Part shown: positions 48,640 to 57,883 of the stretch, piece after piece | Layout: each line of letters begins with the position of its first letter | Position numbering within the stretch: the stretch's first letter is position 1 | Position numbers and translations under genes: made by a program | The notes under the pieces: model-generated | What the model was told of the DNA's origin: nothing | The model's database searches: none | Seen by the model: the letters and a program-made list of their open reading frames with translations, nothing else | Assembly (NCBI GenBank): GCA_965208435.1 | Contig: OZ242337.1 | Span: 64,998 to 128,997 of the forward strand | DNA from: Candidatus Aldehydirespiratoraceae bacterium | Lineage (GTDB): Bacteria; Actinomycetota; Acidimicrobiia; Acidimicrobiales; Aldehydirespiratoraceae | DNA length: 64,000 nt | Reading direction: 5' to 3'

Positions 48640-49416
48640 TCAATAAACCGCACGACCACCGGTGAGATCGAACGTGAAACCAGTCGTGAAGCTGCACATT
48701 GATGAGAGGGCGAACGCAGCCACGTAAGCCACCTCTTGGAGTCCGCCGGTTCGACCCATCGGGATCTTCTCGGTCATGTAGTCGATCTGCGCCTGAGGCA
48801 GGGCGTCCACCATCGGTGTCTGTACCACCGCTGGAGCCACGGCGTTGATCGTGATCCCGTTTGTGGCGTACTCCTTGCCCATTGTCTTGACCAGTCCGAT
48901 GAGCCCGGCTTTGGTAGCCGAATAGGAGGTCATTCCCGCGTTGCCGTCCTTGCCCGCGATCGACGAAAAGTGCACGATCCGTCCATAGTTCCGTTCCACC
49001 ATGTGGGGAATGACCGCTTGGGTGAGAAGCAGTGCTCCCCTGAGGTTGACTCTGTAGACATGATCGAACTCGTTCACGTCGACTTCGTGAGCCGATATGT
49101 TGGTGGTGCCGGTGATGCCCGCAGTGTTCAACAATCCATCGAGGACGCCGAACCTGTTGATCGTGTCGGCCATCACCTCAGACACTGAGTCGATCTGCGT
49201 CACGTCGATCATGCCCGCCCAGGCGGTACCACCGTCCGCGACGATCTGACATGCGGTCGCCTCAGCGCTGTCGAGGACCAGATCGAGACACGCTACTGAT
49301 GCGCCGAGCGAGGCCAGGTGTGAAGCACACGTTCTACCGATCCCGCTTCCGGCTCCAACCACGGCAATCGAACGATCAGCAAATAGACTGGCGTCGAAAC
49401 CTGTTGCGCTACTCAT
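48640..49416 (-). CDS. short-chain dehydrogenase/reductase
   Basis: 258 aa from the ATG at 49416 (GGAGGGAGGAG RBS). Contains VVGAGSGIGR and the catalytic YSATK. Confidence 0.85.
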   Translation of the reverse strand: MSSATGFDASLFADRSIAVVGAGSGIGRTCASHLASLGASVACLDLVLDSAEATACQIVADGGTAWAGMIDVTQIDSVSEVMADTINRFGVLDGLLNTAGITGTTNISAHEVDVNEFDHVYRVNLRGALLLTQAVIPHMVERNYGRIVHFSSIAGKDGNAGMTSYSATKAGLIGLVKTMGKEYATNGITINAVAPAVVQTPMVDALPQAQIDYMTEKIPMGRTGGLQEVAYVAAFALSSMCSFTTGFTFDLTGGRAVY

Positions 49417-49539
49417 CTGCTCCTCCCTCCGAACGGCTGTTTCTCTGTGACACAATCGTGAATCGTACTTCATGTCTCTGAATTCGCCTAATGTGTTCTC
49501 GATGATCGATGCTGCAGCGAACCGCGTGGACGGAAGAAG

Positions 49540-50349
49540 GTGAGCCCCGTGGCGGTCGAAAAAGAAGCGTTGGAGTTCGCGCCGGTCAAGTCGGCGGATC
49601 GCGTCCTCACTCTGATCGAACTGCTGTCCGAGCACCGTGACGGTCTCACTTTCACGCAATTGCAGGAACTAACAAAATGGCCCCGAAGCAGCCTCTACGG
49701 GCTGATCCGAACGATGGCCGAACGACGTCATCTGGAGTTCGATCCTCACCGACAGGCGTATCGAATCGGAGTCCGACTGTGGGAAGCCGGGCAAGCGTTC
49801 AACTCGGGAGTGGACGTTGCTCAGATTGCGATGCCACACCTGCAATCGGTAAGGAATCGCCTTGGTGAGACCGTGCAGCTGGCTGTGTTGGATGGAGTGG
49901 AGAACATCTACATCGCCAAGGTCGATGCGCGGCACGCTCTCAAACTTGACTCGTTCGTCGGCGCGCGGCTCCCCGCGTACGCGACCGGTATCGGCAAGGT
50001 CCTCCTCGCCGGACTCGACGACGCGGAACTCGACGAGCGCTTTCGAGATGTGCAGCTCATGCAGTACACCGATGAGACGATCACCGACATCGGAACCCTT
50101 CGGCAAGTCCTGCGAACGGTTCGCGAACAGGGGTTCGCAACCGACAACGGCGAGTACACCCTCGGCGTCTGCTGTTGGGCAGTCCCGATCCTCGATGTCG
50201 GTGGAAGAGTCTCCGTCGCGATCAGCACCTCAATCCCCTCGGCTCGCCTGGCCGACGGATTCGAGGAGACCGCCCTGGCCTTTCTTCGCGAAGCTGCGGA
50301 CCAGATCTCCGTGCAACTCGGCTACCGCGCAGGATCGGCTGCACTGTGA
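49540..50349 (+). CDS. IclR-family transcriptional regulator
   Basis: wHTH SADRVLTLIELLSEHRDGLTFTQLQELTKWPRSSLYGLIRTM plus an IclR effector domain. Divergent from the SDR gene. Confidence 0.85.
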   Translation: MSPVAVEKEALEFAPVKSADRVLTLIELLSEHRDGLTFTQLQELTKWPRSSLYGLIRTMAERRHLEFDPHRQAYRIGVRLWEAGQAFNSGVDVAQIAMPHLQSVRNRLGETVQLAVLDGVENIYIAKVDARHALKLDSFVGARLPAYATGIGKVLLAGLDDAELDERFRDVQLMQYTDETITDIGTLRQVLRTVREQGFATDNGEYTLGVCCWAVPILDVGGRVSVAISTSIPSARLADGFEETALAFLREAADQISVQLGYRAGSAAL

Positions 50350-51218
50350 CAACCGTGGGTCCCGTCCGAACTCTGTTCAAGACCATCCCCACCCACGAGC
50401 AGATCCGCAACATGCACCGTGATCTGCGCTTTTACCCGAGCACCACCCGCAATCCCGCAACGATCAGCAAGGATCAGGTGGATTCGTTCAATCGCTGCGG
50501 CTACCTCAAAGGCATTCGCATCCTCGACGACGAGAGCGTAAGCAAGCACCGCTCCCTCTTCGACACCTGTCTGGCCACTGCTCTAGCCGCGGGGCACAGC
50601 AGTTCCTCGCTCAGTTCGGCCCACCTCAAATACCCGGAGGTGTACGACCTGATGCATCATCCGAAAATCCTGGGTTGTGTAGCCGACCTGATCGGACCGG
50701 AGATCATCGGCTTGGCAGCGCATTATTTCTGCAAACTGCCCAAAGACGGCACGACGGTGGCCTGGCACCAGGATGCCTCCTATTGGCCATTGACTCCTTC
50801 CAAAACCGTGACCATATGGCTTGCGATCGATGATGTCGACACCGCCAATGCCGCTATGCAGTTCGTATCCGGGTCCCATCTTCACGGTCCGCTCGAGTTT
50901 CGTGCCAGCCGCATCGATGAGCGCAACGTTCTGGATCAAACAGTGGACGACGTGGAGCGATACGGGACGCTCGTCGATGTGGAACTTGCAGCCGGCGAGG
51001 CGTCGATCCACTCCGATCTGCTGTTGCACTCATCGCCGGCGAACTTCTCGGATCGGCGTCGTTGCGGGCTGACAATGCGATACTGCACGCCCGACGTACG
51101 AGCGATACCCGGTTTCGACTGGGAACTCGAGGGCGTGCTTATCAGCGGCACCGACGTCGACAACCACTGGGCCAACCCGTCGAGACCTTCGTCGACGTGG
51201 TTCCCGGAGCCGACCTGA
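50346..51218 (+). CDS. PhyH-family Fe(II)/2-oxoglutarate dioxygenase (paralogue 2)
   Basis: Contains VAWHQDASYWP (HxD) and a distal His in LLLHSSPAN. GTG at 50346 overlaps the IclR stop. The ATG at 50412 is an alternative start. Confidence 0.75.
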   Translation: MTTVGPVRTLFKTIPTHEQIRNMHRDLRFYPSTTRNPATISKDQVDSFNRCGYLKGIRILDDESVSKHRSLFDTCLATALAAGHSSSSLSSAHLKYPEVYDLMHHPKILGCVADLIGPEIIGLAAHYFCKLPKDGTTVAWHQDASYWPLTPSKTVTIWLAIDDVDTANAAMQFVSGSHLHGPLEFRASRIDERNVLDQTVDDVERYGTLVDVELAAGEASIHSDLLLHSSPANFSDRRRCGLTMRYCTPDVRAIPGFDWELEGVLISGTDVDNHWANPSRPSSTWFPEPT

Positions 51219-51220
51219 AC

Positions 51221-52045
51221 TCATGTGCCCATAAAATCAGGGTCGCGCTTTTGTCGACGAGCTCGGTTGGCCTCGTGGAAGTCGTCGGATCGGCTGGCGA
51301 GTTCAAGGGCCAACGCCTCTTGTTCGAAATGTTGAGCAAGGTCCGATGTGAGTGACCGTTGAACCAGCATCTTCGAAAGGCCCACGGAAACGGTCGCGGC
51401 TGAAACCAGCTTCTGCACCAGGGCCGCTGCTTCAGTCTCGACCTCGTCGACGGGCACCGAGCGATGGATCAAACCCCACTCGAAGGCTTGGGCTCCACTG
51501 ATCTTCTCAGCGAGCAAGATCATTTCTTTGGCGCGGGCAAGCCCGGCGAGGCGCGGGAGCAACCACGACGATCCTCCATCAGGAGTGAAACCCAAAGATG
51601 TGAAAGGTGTCCAGAAACGACAGTCCTCGGCAGCAACAACAAAGTCGCTAGCCAGCGCCAGATTCAAACCAAGACCAACCGCCCATCCCTTCACGCTGGT
51701 GACGATCGGAGTCTGTGTTTCGAGCATCGACGTGATCAACCGGTTGACATGCCAGCGAAGATGCCGCTGAGTTGCCCCAGTACGCGGTTTGGTCTCCGGC
51801 TCACGACGCAACGACAGATCAAACCCGGAACAGAAGTGCTCACCGCGGCCCGTGAGGTGAAGCACCCGAACCGAATCATCTGAGCCTGCTACTTCCACCA
51901 GGTCGATCAGGCCCAACACCATCTCATCGGTGACCGCGTTGCGTCGTTCGGGACGATCAAGCGTCAACGACAGGACACCCTCGCGGTTCGTGAATTCCAG
52001 CCCTTCTACTTCGACTGGATAATCCCTCATGAGCGGTCCTCTCAC
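51221..52045 (-). CDS. enoyl-CoA hydratase/isomerase family protein
   Basis: Crotonase-fold pattern (LTLDRPERRNA..., GRGEHFCSGFDL). GTGA overlap with the upstream gene. Confidence 0.8.
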   Translation of the reverse strand: MRGPLMRDYPVEVEGLEFTNREGVLSLTLDRPERRNAVTDEMVLGLIDLVEVAGSDDSVRVLHLTGRGEHFCSGFDLSLRREPETKPRTGATQRHLRWHVNRLITSMLETQTPIVTSVKGWAVGLGLNLALASDFVVAAEDCRFWTPFTSLGFTPDGGSSWLLPRLAGLARAKEMILLAEKISGAQAFEWGLIHRSVPVDEVETEAAALVQKLVSAATVSVGLSKMLVQRSLTSDLAQHFEQEALALELASRSDDFHEANRARRQKRDPDFMGT

Positions 52046-53307
52046 TGGTCCTGGGAAGCGAAACGGGCCACCAACGCCTCAAGGGTTTCCGAACAGTTGC
52101 TGGCCCCGTCCGGCGGTTCAGGTAGCAGCACAGGCCCGTACTTCCGACTTGGGAGCAGCACCGTCGCATGACCGGGACAGGTGATCTCAGCCCTCTGGTT
52201 CTCGCCCCAGACGTCCAGATCCACAGCGGGACGATTCCCCTGCGCAAGGTATTTCCGAGTCACGGTGCCACGCATCGAGTGAGTGTCCCCGACGAAATTG
52301 AACTTGCGGAACTCAACATCGAGCGAAGCAAGCCACCCGTCGTCGCCCATCCAGTCCGTGCAGAGGTGAATCAACCAGGTCTCGCGCATTCGACCGTAGT
52401 CATAGATTGCCGGGGCCCCAGAACGCCTGGCCCATTCAGGGTCCCAATGCACCCGCTGGTGAACGTCGGGAATATTGAGTTCATCGGGACGGAAGAACCC
52501 TGGCACCCGCTGTCGTTGTTGATGTCCGAGCCGCAGGGCCTTGACCCCGTACAGTCCCATTCCCATCCCGGTGTGCCAGACGACCATGTCGGTGACTCTC
52601 ATCGGGCCTTTCACCAATGGTGCCAGTTCATCGCCTTCGTCAACGTCCTCCCACCAGCGAGGCTCTTCACCCCTGCGTCGGGTCGTTTCTTGTATTGCTG
52701 CAGCCTGGATGTCGGCAATCTCCTCGTCGCTGTAGGGGTCAACCGAAAAAGAAGTATCACCGTCACGGTGTTCCCTTTCGACTTGCGCGCGATCCGTACG
52801 GATCATCAACCGGTGCTGAGCGGAAAGAACCCGATCGGCGGTTGCGAAGACCTCAGCGGTCCATTCATGCACGGCGCGTCGCGCGAATTTGCTCGATTTG
52901 TCATGAACGCCTACCAGAGCACTGCGACGGACAACACGGTCCCCCTCACGAAGCGGCGCCCACCACTCGCGGAAACTGCCCGAGTAGTAGGCGTGCGCGC
53001 CTTTGAGAGGGTCACCTTTGAGCAGGGCTCTGGTGTCGTCGCCCAACTCGAGCACTTCGTTGTGGCCAATCAAAGTGTCGCCGCCATTGATGCATGGAGA
53101 ACCAATCGGTCCACCCCAGCGGGTGCTGGTCGCGTAGTCAGGGTCACACCAGAGGGGATTGTCGTCACCATATGCCTCAGCAACATGGCGGAAGGCATCT
53201 GAGTTCGGGCTGCGATACCAGGGCGGCAGAGGATGAGGATGCGCTATACCGATCCGGGCACGGAGCCGGGCGATTCGTTCGTCGGTGATCGCCGTTTGTT
53301 CAACCAT
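52042..53307 (-). CDS. double hot-dog-fold (MaoC/FAS1-like) dehydratase
   Basis: 421 aa. Both N- and C-terminal halves resemble MaoC-type acyl dehydratase domains. Weaker than the other calls. Confidence 0.55.
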   Translation of the reverse strand: MVEQTAITDERIARLRARIGIAHPHPLPPWYRSPNSDAFRHVAEAYGDDNPLWCDPDYATSTRWGGPIGSPCINGGDTLIGHNEVLELGDDTRALLKGDPLKGAHAYYSGSFREWWAPLREGDRVVRRSALVGVHDKSSKFARRAVHEWTAEVFATADRVLSAQHRLMIRTDRAQVEREHRDGDTSFSVDPYSDEEIADIQAAAIQETTRRRGEEPRWWEDVDEGDELAPLVKGPMRVTDMVVWHTGMGMGLYGVKALRLGHQQRQRVPGFFRPDELNIPDVHQRVHWDPEWARRSGAPAIYDYGRMRETWLIHLCTDWMGDDGWLASLDVEFRKFNFVGDTHSMRGTVTRKYLAQGNRPAVDLDVWGENQRAEITCPGHATVLLPSRKYGPVLLPEPPDGASNCSETLEALVARFASQDQ

Positions 53308-53423
53308 CGTTGAGCGTCTCGTCTCGGTGTCCGGCCATCGCGAGCAATATTGTACGGTCAGCCATAGCGCCGAACCATTTCACGACAGGCGGCGGGTCAC
53401 CGAATTCCAGAACAGGGCCGACA

Positions 53424-54674
53424 GTGGACATACGAAACCGAATCGCGATCGGGCCGGACTCCAGCGACGCCGAGATTCTCGCCGCGGTGGATGCTTGGAT
53501 CGAAGCGGAAGTTCCCGAGCCTTGGCGTGTCGCCGCTCAGAAGGGACGAGAAGCGATTCGCGCAGTGCGCAGCCGTGCCGACTACACAGCCTGGTACCCC
53601 ACGTTTGCCGCATCAGGGTTGGTGGTCGCCTCCTGGCCTGTGAGCTATGGCGGCCTCGGTCTGGGAGCACAGCAGGCTCGGCTCGCTGAGCAGCGTCTGG
53701 CTCCGTTCAATCTCGGCCGTCTCAACCCGCTGGGCCTGCACAACATGGCGCCCGCGCTGTTCGCCCACGGCACCGAGGCACAACGACTGCGCTTCCTACC
53801 GCCTATGGTGGCCAACAGCGAACGCTGGTGTCAGATGTTCAGCGAACCCGGCGCGGGATCAGATCTCGCCTCACTGGCGATGCGCGCCGAACGCGACGGC
53901 GACGAGTGGCAGCTGAGGGGCCAGAAAGTCTGGAGCACCTGGGCCCACGAGTCCGAGTTCGCCATCTGTCTGGCGCGGACCGACCCGTCGTTGCCCAAAC
54001 GCAGGGGGATCACCTACTTTCTGGTCGACCTGCGGAGCCCGGGGATCGAAATCCGGGAACTGCGCCATATTGGCGGCACCGTCGACTTCAACGAGGTGCG
54101 GCTCGAGGAGGTACGGGTCCCGGATTGTCGCCGGGTGGGTGCTGAGGGTGACGGTTGGCGAGTGGCCGCCTCCACCCTCGCCGGGGAACGCCAGATGGTG
54201 GCCGGGGCGGGTTCAGGAGGGGTCGATCGCATCGGCGGCAGCGGAGTCTTGCGCTTGGTTGAGAAGGCCAAAGTCAACGCCGTTCAACCGATCATGCGCG
54301 ATCGCCTCGCCCGACTGTATGCCGAGGAGAGAATTCGCGCTTGGACCAACCAGCGGGTTCGAGCAACGGTGTCTGCCGGTGGAACCCCGGGGCCTGCGGC
54401 TTCGGTCGGGAAGGTCCATCAAGGCGCGCTCAATCAGCAGATTCAACTGCTCGCCTGCGACATGCTGGGGCTCGAAGCGCAGGCGTTCAGCGCGGCCGAG
54501 CGCTACGAGGACGCTCTCCCCTACGAGGTCTCCGGGATGCTGCGGAGCCGCGCCAACACGATCGAGGGCGGGACCACTGAAGTCAACAAGAACGTCATCG
54601 GCGAGAAGGTGCTGGGACTCCCACGAGAGCCCGATCCCTATCACGGAGCAAGCTGGGAGGACACCCCTAGATGA
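53424..54674 (+). CDS. acyl-CoA dehydrogenase
   Basis: Has the FSEPGAGSDLASL block and an ACAD-like length. Start uncertain (GTG 53424, versus 53310 in the track). Confidence 0.8.
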   Translation: MDIRNRIAIGPDSSDAEILAAVDAWIEAEVPEPWRVAAQKGREAIRAVRSRADYTAWYPTFAASGLVVASWPVSYGGLGLGAQQARLAEQRLAPFNLGRLNPLGLHNMAPALFAHGTEAQRLRFLPPMVANSERWCQMFSEPGAGSDLASLAMRAERDGDEWQLRGQKVWSTWAHESEFAICLARTDPSLPKRRGITYFLVDLRSPGIEIRELRHIGGTVDFNEVRLEEVRVPDCRRVGAEGDGWRVAASTLAGERQMVAGAGSGGVDRIGGSGVLRLVEKAKVNAVQPIMRDRLARLYAEERIRAWTNQRVRATVSAGGTPGPAASVGKVHQGALNQQIQLLACDMLGLEAQAFSAAERYEDALPYEVSGMLRSRANTIEGGTTEVNKNVIGEKVLGLPREPDPYHGASWEDTPR

Positions 54675-55468
54675 CCTACGAGCATCTCATCGTCGAGCGT
54701 CACGGCCCGGTCGGTTGGCTGATCAACGACCGTCCCGAAGTCCGCAACGCCATGAACTCGGCCATGCGCGACGAATTCGCCGACGCCTGGACCGAACTCG
54801 ATGCGGACCCGGCCGTGCGGGTCATCGTGCACACAGGAAACGGCCGTGACTTCCAGACAGGTGTCGACATGGGCGAACTGGCCTCCGACGGCCTCGGCAT
54901 GGAGCGCTACCGTCAGTCGATGGAGGACTTCGACGTGCACTTCACGTCCTGGCACCAAGGGGTCTGGAAGCCTGTGATCACAGCCGTCAACGGCATCTGC
55001 TGCGGTGGAGGCTTCCATTGGGTGGCCGACGCCGACATCGTGATCGCGGCCGGCGACGCACAGTTCTTCGATCCCCACACATCGGTCGGTCAGGTGGTTG
55101 CGGTGGAGGCCATCGGCCTCATCAAGAAGATGCCTGTCGAGGCCGTCATGCGAATGGCGTTCATGGGCAAGTACGAGCGCATGGGCGCGCAGCGCGCATA
55201 CGAACTGGGAATGATCTCAGAGATCGTCGACCCTCCCGAGAGGCTCCGCGACCGCGCCCAGGAACTGGGCGAGACCATCGCCAAGAACTCGCCTGCAGCG
55301 ATGGCCGCCACCAAGAAGGCGCTCTGGGGCGCGCTCGAAGCCGGGCTCACCGATGCCTGCAAACAGGGCGCCGAGCACCTGGTGTCGATGTGGGGCCATC
55401 CCGATCAGACCGAGGGTCCGAAGGCCTTCGCCGAGAGACGCGAACCGGACTGGGAGCCGTTGAAGTGA
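54671..55468 (+). CDS. enoyl-CoA hydratase/isomerase family protein
   Basis: 265 aa, crotonase fold (WLINDRPEVRNAM, CCGGGFHWVADADIVIA). Confidence 0.85.
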   Translation: MTYEHLIVERHGPVGWLINDRPEVRNAMNSAMRDEFADAWTELDADPAVRVIVHTGNGRDFQTGVDMGELASDGLGMERYRQSMEDFDVHFTSWHQGVWKPVITAVNGICCGGGFHWVADADIVIAAGDAQFFDPHTSVGQVVAVEAIGLIKKMPVEAVMRMAFMGKYERMGAQRAYELGMISEIVDPPERLRDRAQELGETIAKNSPAAMAATKKALWGALEAGLTDACKQGAEHLVSMWGHPDQTEGPKAFAERREPDWEPLK

Positions 55469-56814
55469 AGCCGAACCTGTTCTCGCTGCTGCGCGACCAC
55501 CCTGCCCGAGGTTCTGATGCGCTCGTACATGACCTTCACCACACGCTGTGCAAGGACGAGGTCCTCGATCGCGTGGACCGATTGGCAAAACAGTTGACCA
55601 ACCCTGCCGGCACAGCCGTCGCAGTCGTCGCGGAGGGGATCGACATGCTGGTCGGGATGTTCGCGGCGTGGAAGAACAACCAGGTCTTCGTACCGGTCAA
55701 TCCCCGCAACCCCCGGCCCGAATTCGATTCCGCCGCGGTGGTTAGCCCCGCTGGAGTCGCGCTGGGAGACAACCGCCGCCGACACGAGCCTGGAGTCGCT
55801 TTCGTGCTGTGGACTTCTGGCACCACGGGTCGGCCCAAACCGCTCCTGCACACCCACGAGTCGTACCTTGAGATCATCGACCGGGTGCTTGAGCCGTTGC
55901 AGTCCAAGCCTCGGGATCCGAATGTCGCCCCGTCTCCGAACTTGATCCCCGTCTCCCTCGCTCTGAACGCAGGCATCTACAACGTTTTGTTCGGACTGCG
56001 AGCGGGTGCCCCGCTGGTAGTGATGGACCGCTTCACCACTGCTGACTTTGCGACTCTGGTCGCGCGGCACGGGATTCGTTCGACCGTCCTCCCACCTGCG
56101 GCGATGGCGATGCTGAACGACGACGCCATGGTTGATTCTCTCTCCCCTCTACGGTATGTCCGCTCGATCACGGCTCCCCTGTCGCCGTTCGCTGCCCGCC
56201 GCTTCAACGAGAGGTTCGGAGTTGTCGTACTCAACGGTTACGGGCAGGCGGAGATCGGCGAGGTGATCGGTTGGACCGCAGCCGATGCCAAAGCGCATCC
56301 TGACAAGATCGGGGCGATCGGTCGCCCCCATCCTGGCGTGGAGATCCGCATCGACTCACCCGACGAATCGGGGGTCGGCGAGTTGCTGGTCCTGGCCCCG
56401 AGCCGCGCCGACAGTTACGCGGACGGCAGCGACCTCAGCGAACGGATCACCGAGGACGGGTATGTTCGGACCGGTGATCTGGCCCGCATCGACTCGGAGG
56501 GTTTCGTGTGGATCGAGGGACGGCTCGGTGAGGTGATCAACCGGGGCGGCAACAAGGTGTACCCGAGCGAGGTTGAAGAGGTGTTGCTCTCGGTACCCGG
56601 AATACGCGAGGCGGCAGTGGCCGCTGTGCCCGATGACCGCCTCGGCGAGTTGCCAGTCGCTTTCGTCGTCGGCGAGGCCCGACAGGACCTTGAGGCGGTC
56701 TGTCGCCGACATCTGCTTCCCTACAAGGTTCCGGCACGCTTCGTGCGAGTCGAGCAACTGCCCCGAAGTGATGCCGGAAAGATACTGCGTCGAGAATTGG
56801 CAGGGAGCCTGTGA
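55465..56814 (+). CDS. AMP-dependent acyl-CoA synthetase/ligase (short form)
   Basis: Contains LWTSGTTGRPKP, GDLARIDSEGFVWIEGR and NRGGNKVYP. GTGA overlap. The track ORF from 55018 is an out-of-gene extension. Confidence 0.85.
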   Translation: MKPNLFSLLRDHPARGSDALVHDLHHTLCKDEVLDRVDRLAKQLTNPAGTAVAVVAEGIDMLVGMFAAWKNNQVFVPVNPRNPRPEFDSAAVVSPAGVALGDNRRRHEPGVAFVLWTSGTTGRPKPLLHTHESYLEIIDRVLEPLQSKPRDPNVAPSPNLIPVSLALNAGIYNVLFGLRAGAPLVVMDRFTTADFATLVARHGIRSTVLPPAAMAMLNDDAMVDSLSPLRYVRSITAPLSPFAARRFNERFGVVVLNGYGQAEIGEVIGWTAADAKAHPDKIGAIGRPHPGVEIRIDSPDESGVGELLVLAPSRADSYADGSDLSERITEDGYVRTGDLARIDSEGFVWIEGRLGEVINRGGNKVYPSEVEEVLLSVPGIREAAVAAVPDDRLGELPVAFVVGEARQDLEAVCRRHLLPYKVPARFVRVEQLPRSDAGKILRRELAGSL

Positions 56815-57212
56815 TGTCGGAGATTCGTCTTGAAGCCGGCATTGTGACCGGTGACGTCGCCGCACTGGTGCGGTTCTATTGCGAAGCCTTGGGCTTCTCG
56901 GTCGAGAGGGAGTTGAGTTTCGCGGAGGGCGAGGTGTACCGGCTGGTTCGCGGCGCTGCCCATCTCAAGCTTTTCCAACCGAACGGTGAGCGCGAACCGA
57001 CGCCGACTCCGGACGTCTGGCACGAACGCGTCGGTTGGGCCTACGCGGCCTTGCACGTGGAGGATGCGGCAGCGGAGGCGAAGAAGGTTCTGTCCCACGG
57101 CGGGGCGGTGCTGACCGAGGTGACGAACCACCGGCCCGGTGCCTGCTACGCGCTTGTCACCGATCCCGACGGCAACGTCCTGGAACTGCTCCAGGAGGCG
57201 CCAGAACCGTGA
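56811..57212 (+). CDS. VOC/glyoxalase-family protein
   Basis: 133 aa with a VOC-type pattern (VAALVRFYCEALGF ... DPDGNVLELL). Confidence 0.7.
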   Translation: MMSEIRLEAGIVTGDVAALVRFYCEALGFSVERELSFAEGEVYRLVRGAAHLKLFQPNGEREPTPTPDVWHERVGWAYAALHVEDAAAEAKKVLSHGGAVLTEVTNHRPGACYALVTDPDGNVLELLQEAPEP

Positions 57213-57883
57213 ACTACCAGACGCTCGAGGTGTATAACGACGGGCCGGTCGGCTGGTTGATCTTCGACCGGCCTGAATCCGGAAACGCCATCGAAGCTGA
57301 GATGTTCACCGAACTCGAGGCGGCGTGGCGACAGTTGGACAGCGACCACGAGGTTCAAGTGATCATCAACACCGGCAACGGCGCCTCCTTTCAGACAGGC
57401 TTGGACGTCGAACAACTCGCCAACGACCCGCAAGCGCTTCGATCCGCTTCACGCCAGACCCGTGACTTCACCCTGCGGATGACTTCGTGGCACTGCGGTG
57501 TCAGCAAACCCGTGATCGTCGCTGTGAACGGGGTCTGCGCTGGTGGAGGCCTTCATTTTGTTGCCGATGCCGATCTGGTCATTGCTTCTGACAGCGCGAC
57601 TTTTCTGGACCCGCACGTGTCTGTCGGTCAGGTGTCGGCCTTCGAGACCATCGGCCTGCTGAAGAAGGCACCGATGGAGTCGGTGAGCAGGATGGCTCTG
57701 CTCGGCGCTCACGAGAGGCTGAGCGCGCAACGAGCGTGCCAGTTGGGAATTGTTTCGGAGGTGGCGCCTTCAGCGGTGCTGCGTCAACGGGCGACTGAGT
57801 TGGCAACAGCAGTGGCCGAACACGATTCAGGCCTCTTGCGTGAATTGAAACAGATGCACTGGAACGCTTTGGAGGTGCCGTGA
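57209..57883 (+). CDS. enoyl-CoA hydratase/isomerase family protein (short)
   Basis: 224 aa. Contains WLIFDRPESGNAI and CAGGGLHFVADADLVIA. GTGA overlap. Confidence 0.8.
   Translation: MNYQTLEVYNDGPVGWLIFDRPESGNAIEAEMFTELEAAWRQLDSDHEVQVIINTGNGASFQTGLDVEQLANDPQALRSASRQTRDFTLRMTSWHCGVSKPVIVAVNGVCAGGGLHFVADADLVIASDSATFLDPHVSVGQVSAFETIGLLKKAPMESVSRMALLGAHERLSAQRACQLGIVSEVAPSAVLRQRATELATAVAEHDSGLLRELKQMHWNALEVP

Noticed and set aside
55018-55464. Arg-rich 150-aa N-terminal extension of the acyl-CoA ligase ORF (track 55018..56814), and similar extensions at 57035, 39483, 41657, 50175, 30537, 26042 and 23859
   Set aside because: Each extension overlaps the 3' end of the preceding well-supported gene in another frame. 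It is replaced by an internal ATG or GTG that forms a 4-nt overlap or has an RBS. The composition of the extensions is non-protein-like.
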